Positions 37,772-49,929 of a DNA stretch of 64,000 bases are shown here, piece by piece. Numbering within the stretch: the stretch's first letter is position 1; every line of letters starts with the position of its first letter. This stretch comes from Camelus dromedarius (lineage: Eukaryota): the NCBI RefSeq assembly GCF_036321535.1, contig NC_087436.1:121956001-122020000 (forward strand), given 5' to 3'. The position numbers and the translations under genes are program-made. Under the pieces are notes generated by a model, which was given only the letters and a program-made list of their open reading frames with translations, was not told the DNA's origin and ran no database searches.

Positions 37772-40153
37772 GTGAGCAGCGGTGATGGAGGGGCCGGGCC
37801 GGGGCACCCCGGGGTGCGGTCACCTGCTGCACCCCGGGGGACGTCTCGGGAGGGGCCCTGGGCCAGGTGCTGGAAACCAGAGCCACAGGAGGGGCGGTCC
37901 CGAGCAGGACAGCGTGGGGAAAAAGTGGGTTAGAAGGCGCCAGTTCACAGGACACCCTTGGAGAGTAGACAGTGGAGTCGAGTGGGAGGTGGTTACGAGG
38001 GGCCAGCAGGGCCTCAGCCAGCACTGGGAAGGGGCTGGGCCTGCGGGGCCACCTCAGAGCTCGCAGGGTGGCGGGACTACTGCTCCGCTGCCTCTCGGCA
38101 CGGCGACCTCCTGCTGCAGGACGTGCAGGTCCCGGATGCCCTGCGGAAAACACTCTCCCGGTTCACCAAACATCTGGGAGGCTCTACCCATACCAGGGCA
38201 CGTGGCGAGAAGCAGCTTTTGTTGAGTGATGATCAGGGTCATTCACCAAGTTCCGGAACCTTCTCGGTGTACTGTGCCCACGAGTCTGGCTAGAGCCTCT
38301 CCTCCCGGGGATGTGGGGGCGGGGGTGTGCTTCCCAGATCACAGAGCAGACAGGGTCTGGGGTGGCAAATGTCCCACCCTGCGCTTTAAGCCTCGAGGGA
38401 CTCAGACTCAGGTTCGTACAGAATCCTTTGGGGGCAGGAGGGGCACATTCCCATCTCTCAGGGGGACCCAGGGACTGGAGGGCCGGGCGGCTCTCCTGGC
38501 TGCTGGGCCACCAGAGACTGTCCTCCTGCGCCTGGGCACGCTGGCCGCTTGCAGCGAGGTGGCCTCTCTGCCCCCAGCTCCTGCACCGCCCCCCCCCCCC
38601 CCCTCCACAGCGCAGGGCTCCCTGCAAGGGGCTCTGTTTGCTCCCAAGCCGCTCATGCCCGCCCACTGGGTACTGTAAGTGCACGTCACACGGCCTGGCC
38701 AAGTAGGGTGAAACTCAGCTGGGTGCTGGGGCAGCCTGGGCAGGGTGGGTCTCAGAAAGGAAGACTGCCCTGGGGCTGGACGTGGGCGAGGGAACATTTT
38801 CCTTGGGGAGCTGAGTTTCCTTCAGAGTTTAGCCCCTCGACTTCTTGTGTTAGAATGTCATGCTCCCGGCCACAGTGGTTTTTCACGGCTACTTCCTGAG
38901 AAGAGTGAAGCTCAAGCCTCGGACGGCGGAAAGGAGGGCTCTGAGACGCAAAGCCACGGACTGAGCGTGTCGGTCAGCGCCGTTGTTCTGGACAGCAGTT
39001 GGGCAGAATGTAATCAGAGCCTATAAATGCAGTTTATTTTCGGCTTTGTAATGCTGCTTCCAGAAACGAGTGGATTCTGAGGGACTAACCCAAAATTCAG
39101 AGCATCGTGCACCACAAGGGTGACTGCGTTATTTATCGTGCTGAAGAAGTCGCAATACCGTAAATGTCCAGCAGAAGAGGAAGCAGCGAGCTAGTAGGAC
39201 GGTCCGTGTGCTGGAATCCCACGAAGCTACCGTCACAAGTTAGATTTGTGAAAAGCTGTAATAACACGTCCCAACAAATACACAATTATGCACACAGATG
39301 ATCTCAGCTCTGATTGGAAGCAGGCCACAGGGGACCAGAACTGACTGGACACTTGCCACCTGCAGCCGCTGTTCCAAGGACATCCTCCCCCTCCTCCTCT
39401 GCTTCCCCAGGTTTCCAGTTTCCCTGTGATGAATGTGTATTCATCTTTGGAGATAAAGAAATTAGAGAGATTAATTAATTAAAAAAATTAAAGAAAAAAC
39501 TAAACTTTCAATGTTCTTGTAATTCTGCTGAACAAAGAGCAGATGTTTAAAGAACAGGCCGAGTTTGGGCGAGGAGTGGTGCCGTGAAACGGGTCTGGGA
39601 AGCCTGGTCTTGCCTGCCGTCTGCAGCGGTGTCCGTCCCGACAGCATGTCTTGACTGTGTTGTGACCACACCCAGGATGACCCAGGCTTACGTTAATCCA
39701 AGCAACGCTGTCCATCGGCAGTGAAAATCAGCTGTCTGTGTGTCTGTCCACCTCGCTCTGTCTTAAGAAACTTGTGCACAGGTGTTCAGAGAGAGGTTTG
39801 GGGCGGTCACGGTGGCCGAGGCTGCAGGGGTCCCAGGTGCGGGTCAGCAGGGGAAGATAGAGCCAGTACAGCGGGCGACGCACTGTCTGCATAGTGACGT
39901 GGTGGCGTGGGAAGTGCCCCCCACCCTTGTGGCAGGTGCTCCAGGTACCTGGCCTTGGGGAAGGTGAGGCAAGGGTTTTGCTCTGTATTCAGATACTTCT
40001 GGATGCTCGAGCTTCTCATAGCAGTTGTAGAGCAGGCCCGCATGTGCGACCGCGTCCCTCATCATCTTGGCGTGCACGGCTCCTGTTTCCGAGCAGTGCC
40101 TGCCAGCCACCTGCTGCAGCTGCGTCTTAGCGCACTTCCCGCTTCTGTTTCAG

Positions 40154-40291
40154 GACAACGTGTTAAACATCATTAACCAGATCATGGACGTGTGCATCCC
40201 CCAGGACCGCGCCCCACGGGATTTCTGTGTCAAGTTCCCCGAGGAGATCCGGCACGACAACCTGGCCGGCCAGCTGTGGTTTGGCGCCGAG
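40154..40291 (+). CDS. ZFYVE28: ZFYVE28 exon 3 (138 nt, phase 0-0): [46 protein letters not shown]
   Basis: Acceptor cttctgtttcag, donor GAG|gtagtg; in frame with exon 2; Lys codon at 40232-40234 counts to K87 assuming a 13-codon exon 1. Confidence 0.96.
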
Positions 40292-41585
40292 GTAGTGGGC
40301 GGCCGCCCAGGGCTGGGGTCACGGCGTGGGCGTCGCCCAGCGTTCCCCTGTGGAGCTCACCCGTGTGCACCTGTAGTGCAGGCCCCGTGTCTCCTCCAGG
40401 GCCTCCATCTGCAGGGGCTGCAGATGCCGCTGAGCCTGTTAGGGTCGCAGGGGCGGGGAGGCAAGAGCCTTCTCCCCCGAAACTACACAAGCAAATATAG
40501 ACATGAGGTTTCACATGTGATTTCTATGAGGGTCTCAGGTCCCCAGACACCTAGGGCCTGAGAGCCGTTCTTCATGGCAGTAACACTAATATTGAGAGCA
40601 GTGCGCCCCCTGCCCCACCCACAGGACTGTTTATCCCCGTGCGGGGGCCGGGGGAGCTGCACCTGGGTCCCTACTCATGATAACCCCCAGACCTTGAGCT
40701 TCACCTCCCAAGGAGGAGCTTGAGGAGTGAGAGGTACGCCCGCAGTTTCCCATGGGATACCTAGACGTCCCCCCTTGGCCATGCTCTCGGGACATTAGGG
40801 GCATGAGGCTCGTAGTCTGACGCCCATGCCTCCTCTGTCCTCCCCCATCCTGCCTGCCTCAGCTCTCGGTGAATCCTGGAACACCCCCATCTTACCAGAC
40901 ACTGCGTGGCCCTTGTGCCCACATGTTCCCCCATTTCATCCCATCCCCGTGTCCACCCTCCCCACCTGGCTCCTCCAAACCACCTGGTTGTGGTGTCCTC
41001 ACTGTGGCTCTAGTTGGGGGGTGGTGTCTCACCCCCCAGCCTCAGTTTTTACCTCTGTAGAGTGGGTCCTGGGGGCAGGGGCAGCTGTGGGATCCTGAGA
41101 TGATGCAGGGGGGCTTTATGGACACGAGGCATCCAATCCCTAGGAAGGTCTGAGGCCCCGGGGAGCCCTGGTCAGCCCTGTGTGCTGCGTGCCTGGAGGA
41201 TGGCCAGAACTGCACGTCTGCAAGCTGGTGGGGAGGAGACAGGAGTCACATGGCCGGGTGGCCCCTGCATGGATCCCCCAACCCCCAGGGCCTCCCTCTC
41301 TGTGCCTCTAATAGAAGCCGGGAGGGAGCAGGTGCCCCAGAGCAGGAGCCAGAGATGTGAGGCCAGGAGCCCCTGGGAGGGAGGCCAGGGAGGGTCTCAG
41401 GGACGAGCCTCAGGCCACTGTTCTGCTCTCCTGTCCTGAGGGTGACCACAGTTTCTCAGGGGACAGTGGGGGCGGCTTTCTCAGTGTTGGCCCATGGAGA
41501 GTTCTGGAACTCCACTCGTGGGCGGTGCAGCCGCGGGGTGGCCGCCGGCCCCGGGCCTCCCTGACCCGCGCTCTGCCTCCCGCAG

Positions 41586-41788
41586 TGCCTGGCCGCCGGC
41601 TCCATCATCATGAACCGCGAGCTGGAGAGCATGGCCATGCGCCCGCTGGCCAAGGAGCTGACCCGCAGCCTGGAGGACGTGCGGGGCGCCCTCCGCGACC
41701 AGGCGCTGCGGGACCTCAACACGTACACGGAGAAGATGCGGGAGGCGCTGAGGCACTTCGACGTGCTGTTCGCCGAGTTCGAGCTGAG
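41586..41788 (+). CDS. ZFYVE28: ZFYVE28 exon 4 (203 nt, phase 0-2): [67 protein letters not shown](S)
   Basis: Acceptor ctctgcctcccgcag, donor AG|gtgacc; frame continues from exon 3. Confidence 0.96.
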
Positions 41789-43029
41789 GTGACCCGGGGT
41801 TCGCAGCCGTGGGGGTCGCGGCCTTTACGTCACGGGTGCGGGCTGCTCCGCGGGTCTGTGCTGTCTCTAGCTGGGAAACTCCGCAGGGGGAGGCACCAGG
41901 CTGGTTCTGGGGCCCTCAGAGGGTGGGGTTAACCCCTGGGGGGCACGATGTGGGGGGGACAGGCAGCGGGGAGACAGGCAGAGGAGACCCAGGGGTAAAG
42001 GAGACCCCAGTTCTGCCCCCACCACCCTGCTCCTGGCGCACCCCAACGCTAAAGCCCCAGGAGGTCCCTGCAGGTGAAAGTCATCCGCAGCCCTCGGACC
42101 ACCTCTGACCTCCGCCCTGACCTCCATCTCTGCCTTAGAGCCGTGTCTGCACCAGCCTGTCGGGCTTGCTCCACAACCCCCAGCACGTTACTCTGTGCTC
42201 GGACCTGGGACACAGTGTGACAAAGATGAGGTGGCCACTGCTCTGGGGCCTGGGGCCCCCCCCCAGCTCCAGGGGGTGAGGGTGGGGACACCTCTCCAGC
42301 TTAGGAATCTGCCAGATCGCATGGCACCCCTCCGCCACCCCCACCGAGCTCCGTGGGGCTCACCCATCCCTCCCTGCTCACAGGGCCTCCAGACTGGAGG
42401 GTCCCTGACTGTGGAGTGGGGCCTGCACGGTGTCCACAGATGCGAAGACAAGAAAGAGCAGGACCCCAAAGCCCGTCCATGGCGGAACTGGCTAATAAAA
42501 TGTGGCCAGCTTGTACCCCGTGGACCGCAGGAGGAATCAGGCACGATGTCACAGGCGGATCTCTAGGAAGTGGGGCTGCCCACAAACAGGCTTAAACCTT
42601 TCTGCCTCCTTTTCTCTGCTCCAGATTTTTCCAAGTGAGCTTTCCTAACAAGAAAGACTAGAGTTGGTGATTTAGAAGGAAAGAAAAAATATTCTCACCT
42701 GGGGAATGGTCAGACCACTCAGTTACCCTCCCACCCCTCCCCCGCCCCCGCCATTCACCCGCCCTGCACGCCCTGCACGCACGTGCTCACTCAGTGTGGG
42801 GACAGCGGCAGTTCCAGGCCAGGCAGGGCGGGGGGGGGGGGTGTCCAAGGAAGCTCCGGACGGGGCCTGACCCTGGGATGAGCTTTGGCTTAAAATATGA
42901 ACAGCGGTGCTGGGGGCGTGGGTTTAGGCAGCTGCTGAGACGGGCCACCTGCAGCCAGCGGTCTCACTCGGCTTTCACTTGAGAGCCCTCCGTCCTGGGG
43001 CGGCGCTCACTCACCTCCACCGTTTGCAG

Positions 43030-43119
43030 CTACGTGTCAGCCATGGTGCCCGTGAAGTCCCCCAGGGAGTACTACGTGCAGCAGGAGGTCATCGTGCTGT
43101 TCTGCGAGACGGTGGAGAG
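43030..43119 (+). CDS. ZFYVE28: ZFYVE28 exon 5 (90 nt, phase 2-2): [29 protein letters not shown](R)
   Basis: Acceptor ctccaccgtttgcag, donor AG|gtgagg; in frame. Confidence 0.95.
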
Positions 43120-43423
43120 GTGAGGCCACCAGGGCACCGGCGGGGCCCTGGGGCAGGGGCAGGGGCAGGGCCTGAGCTGGGCAGCCTGGTCCAGTGGTCA
43201 CCTGCCTCCTTCCTGCACCACGTCCATGTTCCAGGCCGCCTCCCCAGCTGTGGGCAGAACCCGAGGCCTCCTCTCACATCTGCCCTCTCGTCCTCAGCCC
43301 CAGGGTCCCTTTTCTCTGGGCCCTGAAGGCAGCTCCTGCAGGTGGATCTCCCTCAGTGGAGGAGGGCTCAAGGCTCAACCAGCAGGAGCTGGTCTCCGGT
43401 CCTCCTGAACGCCTGACTTCCTG

Positions 43424-44277
43424 ACCTCCCTCACCTCCTCACCTCCCTCACCTCCCTCACCTCCCTCACCTCCCTCACCTCCCTCACCTCCTCACCTTCT
43501 CACCTCCTCACCACCTCACATTCTCACATCCTCACCTCCCTCACCTCCCTCACATCCTCACCTCCCTCACCTCCCTCACCTCCTCACCTTCTCACCTCCT
43601 CACCACCTCACATTCTCACATCCTCACCTCCCTCACCTCCTCACCTCCCCACCTCCTCACCTCCCTCACCTCCTCACCTCCCTCACCTCCTCACCTTCTC
43701 ATCTCCTCACCTCCCTCACCTCCTCACCTCCCTCACCTCCTCACCTTCTCACCTCCTCACCTCCTCACATCCTCACCTCCCTCACTTCCTCACCTCCCTC
43801 ACCTCCCTCACCTCCCTCACCTCCTCACCTCACCTCCTCACCTCCCTCACCTTCTCACCTCCTCACCTCCGTCACCTTCAAACCTCCTCACCTCCTCACA
43901 TCCTCACCTCCCTCACCTTCTCACCTTCTCACCTCCCTCACCTCCTCATCTCCTCACCTCCCTCATCTCCCTCACCTCACCTCCCTCACCTCCTCACCTT
44001 CTCACCTCCTCACCTCCCTCACCTTCTCACCTCCTCACCTCCCTCACCTCCTCACCTCCCTCACCTCCTCACCTTCTCACCTCCTCACCTCCCTCACCTT
44101 CTCACCTCCTCACCTCCCTCACCTTCTCACCTCCTCACCTCCCTCACCTTCTCACCTCCTCACCTTCTCACCTCCCTCACCTCCTCACCTCCCTCACCTC
44201 CTCACCTCCCTCACCTCCTCACCTTCTCACCTCCTCACCTCCCTCACCTCCCCACTTCTCATTTCCTCTCCTCCACA
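43424..44277. repeat. Pyrimidine-rich tandem array of 8-9 bp units CTCACCTC(C)/CTCACCTT, ~850 nt
   Basis: Directly visible; the only G on the + strand is at 43871. Confidence 0.97.
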
Positions 44278-45022
44278 GGCCTGGGTGGAGGCCTTCCTGA
44301 CTCCCAGTCTGGGGAGCCTGGTTTTCAGGGTGAATCAGAACTATTCCCCTCATGCCTTGCATGGTAATTTGAAATCAGATTTTCTGAATGGGCTTTGAGA
44401 CTAAGATTTAAGCTAAAATGTTTCTCATATTTGACTAGTGCTTGGTATTAGGTAAGTTTTAAGATGGCTCAATATCACATCATTAGCTCGTTGATTTTAA
44501 AGACAGATTATTCACTGTGATGTGTTTAGAGGCATTGCCAGTTGTCAAAATATGAGGTGACAGGAAACGCTTTTTATTTTGAACATCACGAGGCCAGCAG
44601 CGCCTGCTTGTGGAGGCAGAGAAAGCCGTCTGCAAGTGCCTGGGCATGAGGCTAAATCCAGGAGAGCAATGCCAGTTTCTTGGGGAAGTGTGAGGTTGTT
44701 TGGGGCGATGTTTCTGTTCCTCTTTATTCCTGGCACTCAGGCTGCTTCCATTTCCTGTTTAAACCCAGGACTGAATTAGCTTTACCTACTTTGTGCCCTC
44801 ACCAGCCCCACAGTGAGCACCACTCGACCCACTCCCCTGCTCCTTCCATCCAGCAGTGCGGCAGGAGGGGAAAGACGGTGGTGGGGGGGCGTCCCACCGC
44901 GGCACCCTGTGCGCCTGGCCCCTCTAGCCAGTCGCTGAGCACAGACACGGGTGATGGTTAGTGGCTGCTTCCCCGACCCATGCTGACCATGGGCCGCCCC
45001 TTCTCTTTCCTGCCTTGGCCAG

Positions 45023-45112
45023 GGCCCTGGACTTCGGGTACCTGACCCAGGACATGATTGACGACTATGAGCCGGCGCTGATGTTCACCATCCCCCGTCT
45101 GGCCATCGTGTG
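45023..45112 (+). CDS. ZFYVE28: ZFYVE28 exon 6 (90 nt, phase 2-2): [29 protein letters not shown](C)
   Basis: Acceptor ttctctttcctgccttggccag, donor TG|gtgagt; in frame. Confidence 0.95.
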
Positions 45113-48100
45113 GTGAGTGTCCCTCCTGCCTGGACTTTCATTCTGCAGAAACCTGGCAGGACCATCAGGGCCGGGTGGTGGGAAGTGGCATTTACACCCT
45201 CCGACAGGCGACTGCTTAGCCACCCCAGGGCAGCCACCGGGCAGTCCTGCTGTCGTCCCAGTGAATGAGGAGCCGGGTGTTCTGAGTGTCTCCCCTTTGC
45301 CCCCACTGAGGGAGGGCTCCCCCAGGTTACATGGCACAAGACAGCCAAACACCCAACACCTGGTGCCGGAGAGGTGCGCTCAGCAGCCCTGGGGGAGGGC
45401 CCAGGGCTCCAGGCGGGGAAGAGGGCGACCCAGCGGGGCTGCGGGAGCCGGCTTTGTAGGAACAAGAGGGTGCGGTGCCCCTGGTCTGCTGGACGATGTG
45501 ATGGGCTTATCTGGCTAATCTGTGGGCCGGCTGGGAGGTGAAGACTGCGTGAAGGGCAGGTAGGGTGCAGCCGATCTGGCTAATGGGCGTGGGAGTGTCT
45601 GGTGAGAGCAGCAGAGCTCCAGTCTGGGCCTCTGGGTCTTTGGCCTCAAAGAGGTCGGGGCAGCACGTGAGGTCCAGTCTCAGACACACTGAGGGAGGGC
45701 ATGGGCACGTGCTGAATGAGCCAAGGTCGGAGCCCAAGGGTTGGGCTTCGTCCACTGCTGCTCAGCCATGCCCTGACTCCCAGACAGATGGCACCTTCCC
45801 CCCGGCCAGGTGGGGAGGGTGGGGCTGGTGAGCATGGGCCGCAGGGGCAGCGGGTGTGCAGGTGTGGAGCTGGGCAGAGAGCGGGGGGCAGGGGCCGATT
45901 GCAGGTGTGAACGGCAGTGAACTGGCCTGGAGAACCTGGGGTGGCCATGGGGGCCAGGGTGGGTTCAGGTGCAGCTGCCCCAAGGGAGCTCACTGAGGGT
46001 GAGTGCTTCCCTTGGGAAGCGGGGGTGCTGCAGCAGGAATGGTGGAGGCTGTGGCTGTGCAGCGGGACGGGGCCAGCTTCTGGACAGAGGGGCTGCACGT
46101 GGACAAGGTGTGTGCAGGAGGAGTGGGGGAGTGAGCAGGGGGACCACCCTGGGCCTGGTCAGAAGCGTCTTGCACCGCCCTGAGACTCCAGAGATTTAAA
46201 TGCTTGTGAAACACAGAAAGGACTTGGGTGAAGAAGGGCAGGAGGGGTGGGGGCTGCCCGTTCCCAGGATTTCCGAGAAGCCTGAATGGCCCCTCTGGAC
46301 ACGCAGGGTCGGCCCCCCACCACGCCTGTGGCTGCTCTTGGGCTTGGGGACCCGGATAGCACCACTCCCCCCGCCACCTCACTCTCCTGGCCTCACTGGG
46401 CCCCCAGAGCTGCCTTCCGTCTGGGAAGTCTTGACCGTGGTCTTGGGAGGGCGCTCAGCCATGGCGGCCTTTCCGGAACCTCTCAACAGTTTACGTCATC
46501 GTAGAGAGAGCCTATTCTAAGCCTCAGGAGAGGCCCAGAGACTTTTGGCAGCACGCCTGTGCTAAGATAAAGATGAGGGTGTCAAACAGCCCAGCGCCGT
46601 GCTTCTGGGTTCTCATACTTGAGTCCCTTGTGTGTGTTCGGCTCTTTTATCGGCCTCCCCAGTGCCGGTGGCCCGAGCCTGGGCGGCCTCAGGGCCTGCT
46701 CTCAGCCTCGCCCTTCTCACCGAGCTGGCTCCCTGAGCGGGGTCGCTGCGCTGTCTGCTGGCCTCACGTTGCCCTCTGACATCCGAACTTGGACCCTTGT
46801 CCTGGGAGAGCAGGGAGGGCCTGGGGGCAGCAGCTTTGTCCCGTGTGGCCCCTCCTGAGGGCACTGCATGGGGGCCTCTCTGGCTCAGGCTGCAGAGGGG
46901 CCTGGAAGCAGAGCTGAGGGACCCCCCGGGGCATGAGGGGAAGCTCTGAGTCACAGGGAAGGGAGGCTGGGTTTGAAGTTGAAGTTGGGGGGAGCAGGCA
47001 CGGTGGGGTCGGCTGCATGGTGGGAGCCCAGAGTCGGGAAGGGCTTCATGGCAGCCATCAGAGAGGCCAGTCAGTTCCACCTTGGAGCCGGGCTGTGGGT
47101 CTGAGGATCTGAGGAGTGCCAGGCTTAACCACAACTCCCTCTCCTTCCAGAAGGAGAGGGGAGAGCTGGCTTGTAAGCAGCTGGTTCTGGAGACAGCAGC
47201 CCCCTTCAGGGCTGCTCACCAGGTCCCTGCAGGACCCACAGTCCCGCCACCAACAGCTCCCAGTCTTGTTCCTCGTCGTCCACAGAAGCCACTCTGTGCC
47301 CTGGGCTGGGCAGGCAAAGGCCCCCGGACTCACCCCTTCCTGTGTTCACTCAGCCAGCATGCACTGAGCGCCTCCCTGGGCCTGTCCCCAGGGGCACTGT
47401 GGTGCCCAAAGGGGAGGCGTAAGGCAGGTAAGACAGGCAGTTGCCATGGAGTGTTCTGGACACCGGCATACAGGCAGGGGTGGACAGGAACTGGAGGCAC
47501 GGCGGAGAGGCTCCCCAGGGCCCCAGAGTAGAACTCTGGCAGCAGAGGTGGGAGCCCAGCAGGCAGTGGATGCTTGGGCAGCGGGCAGTGTGTGCAGAGG
47601 GGCCAAGGCAGCTCCACAGCTGGAGTGAGAACGGGAGGCCCCAGGCGCTTGTGTGGAAATGAGGGCCCTCCAGCCACGTTCCTGGGGCAGCACCCTTGCA
47701 GGATGCTGTCTTTGTGATGTGGGTGTCCTGGGACCCTCAGGTGACACTCAGGGAGCACTCAGTAGGGGTAGGTGAGGGCAGAGCCTCTGCTCCAACCCCT
47801 CCCGCACTGCCTCCAGGACCCCCACCCCTCCGGCCTGGTAATAAAATATTAATGAAGCGACCATGTGACATTTACCAGCTTGGGTGGGGACACTGAGGCT
47901 ACAAGAGGCCTGAGGTGGCAGAACCCACCACAGCCCACAGGCTGACATCGGAGCCCACTTTTTGCCTTATGACAAAACAAAACAGAAAATGCTGGGTTCT
48001 GTGGCCATTGTGGGAGGCCTGTCTGCAGTGGTAAACTGAGGCCTGAGGAATTGGCAGGAGTGGGGAGAGGGCCGTGTGGAGCTGGAGGCCAGGAGGAGGT

Positions 48101-49264
48101 CAGGCCTTGGCCATGCAGGAGTCCACAGGCAGCCTGGGAGCTCTGCAGCCCTGAGCCCTGGGCCCCACTCCCTGCACCCCTGTGCCCTGGCCCTCCGCCC
48201 AGCACAGCCCTCATGTCCCTGCAGCTGGCGGGGACACTGGGGACACAGCGGGGAAGTGAGTCTCCATGAGGTTCAAACTGACAAGCTAGTTTTACTTTTA
48301 AGGGTTTATCTTAAGACAGTTTGTTTAAAGGAACAAAGAAACAAAATGACATCTCTAGACCCCGTGCTTACTTCCCAGCCCTTACCTGACTGGCCCCTCA
48401 GGGTGGACCAGTCATGTCCTCAGGGACCCCACGCAGCCTGGTTGCTACCCCCTCCACAGCACCATCGCACCTCCCCGCGTCTAGGCTCTGCTGGTGGGGC
48501 TCAGCCCGCGTCTCTGCTTGTCTCTGTCTACACTGGCTACCCCCTTGGGAAGCTGGGCCACCTTTTCTGAACCCTGCTCTGCACCACTTAGAGCAGAAAG
48601 TGCATCCCAGACTGACCTGTCCAGACCTCAGGGCGGCACTGGACTTCAGGTATGTAGACAGGGCAAGGGAGGTCAGGCTCTGGGAGCCCATGGGAGGCTG
48701 GAGGGCAGCCTTCAGAGCACGCTCTGGAGAGTCTCACCCTGTCTGTGCAGCGTTCCCACCGGACCCCGACCCACAGGCCCTGGGCTCAGGGCTCCACACT
48801 GGTGGGAGGGCCAGGCAGGGCTGCCCTCAGTCCCTGGGCAGGACCTCGCCCCTCCCCGCCAAGTCCTGTTTCCCTTTTGGAGTAGATGGTTTCAGGTCCA
48901 GTTCTCACAAACCTTTGCATTTGTGTTAAATTTGTGTCAAACGCAAATCCAGGTTTTTCATTTTCAAGGAGGTGGATGTTAGTAACAAGTCTTTACAATG
49001 GTTTTATCTGATTATAGCAGTGAAGTGTGCAGATCTGTTTTTACAGTTATTTTATGATCCCTCAAATGAACATAAGCTAGTCAACTTCAAATGAGGGGAA
49101 AGATCTGGGTAATAATTTTCATTGCTTTTTTTCTAAACTTATTTAAGGTTTGATCTCAGAGGGGAAGCATGTGCGGGAGCTGAGCGCAGTGTCCGGGGTG
49201 TGGTCTGGGCTGGCCACGCAGCCGCAGGGCCTGACAATAGGCTGGATTTGTGTCTTGAATGCAG

Positions 49265-49366
49265 TGGCCTCGTGGTCTACGCAGACGGACCCCTGAACCT
49301 GGACCGCAAGGCAGAGGATATGTCTGAGCTGTTCCGGCCTTTCCACATGTTGCTGCGGAAAATCAG
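49265..49366 (+). CDS. ZFYVE28: ZFYVE28 exon 7 (102 nt, phase 2-2): [33 protein letters not shown](R)
   Basis: Acceptor tgtgtcttgaatgcag, donor AG|gtgggg; in frame. Confidence 0.95.
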
Positions 49367-49929
49367 GTGGGGGGGCGGCGTTTGCCCCTGAGCCCCCTTC
49401 CTTCTGGGGCACGGGGTCGGGGGTTACACCTAGTCCTGTGGGGCGGCAGTGACCTCGCTGGACAAAGCCGGTCTTGCTCTGCCTTCACCGGATACCTCAA
49501 GAGCAGGGTGGTTCCTCAGGGCGGAGCTCTGGAGAGTGGGAAACCTCTGGCTTCTGTGTGAAGCTAATTCTTGACTTTTGTTCACCAACAGCCCTAGAGT
49601 TTCTTCTGTTCACGTCAGCGCTGCTGGAACCTTGGTCTCTGTCTTTGGTCTGTACTGTCTGGAGCTCCCTTTAACCCCCACATCTCTCCTTCCCCACGGG
49701 ACAGGTTCTTTGCTCTTGGCTGGAGGCAGTAAGACCTTCACACCGACGGGCAGTCACGAGATGGCAGCCGCCCTGGCTGGTGGCCCGGACACTGGGCCCT
49801 CTTCACAGTTTCTCACAGAAACTTCTCTGTGGCCCTGCCAGACGGACATGGCCCATCTTACAGGAGACGCCGTGAAACCAGGGTGGCTTAGGGAGGACCA
49901 AGGCGCTGGGAACACAGGCTAGGGAAGAG

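Noticed and set aside
43424..44277. CCTCCCT recombination-hotspot motif copies
   Set aside because: That motif belongs to particular human PRDM9 alleles and does not transfer to this species
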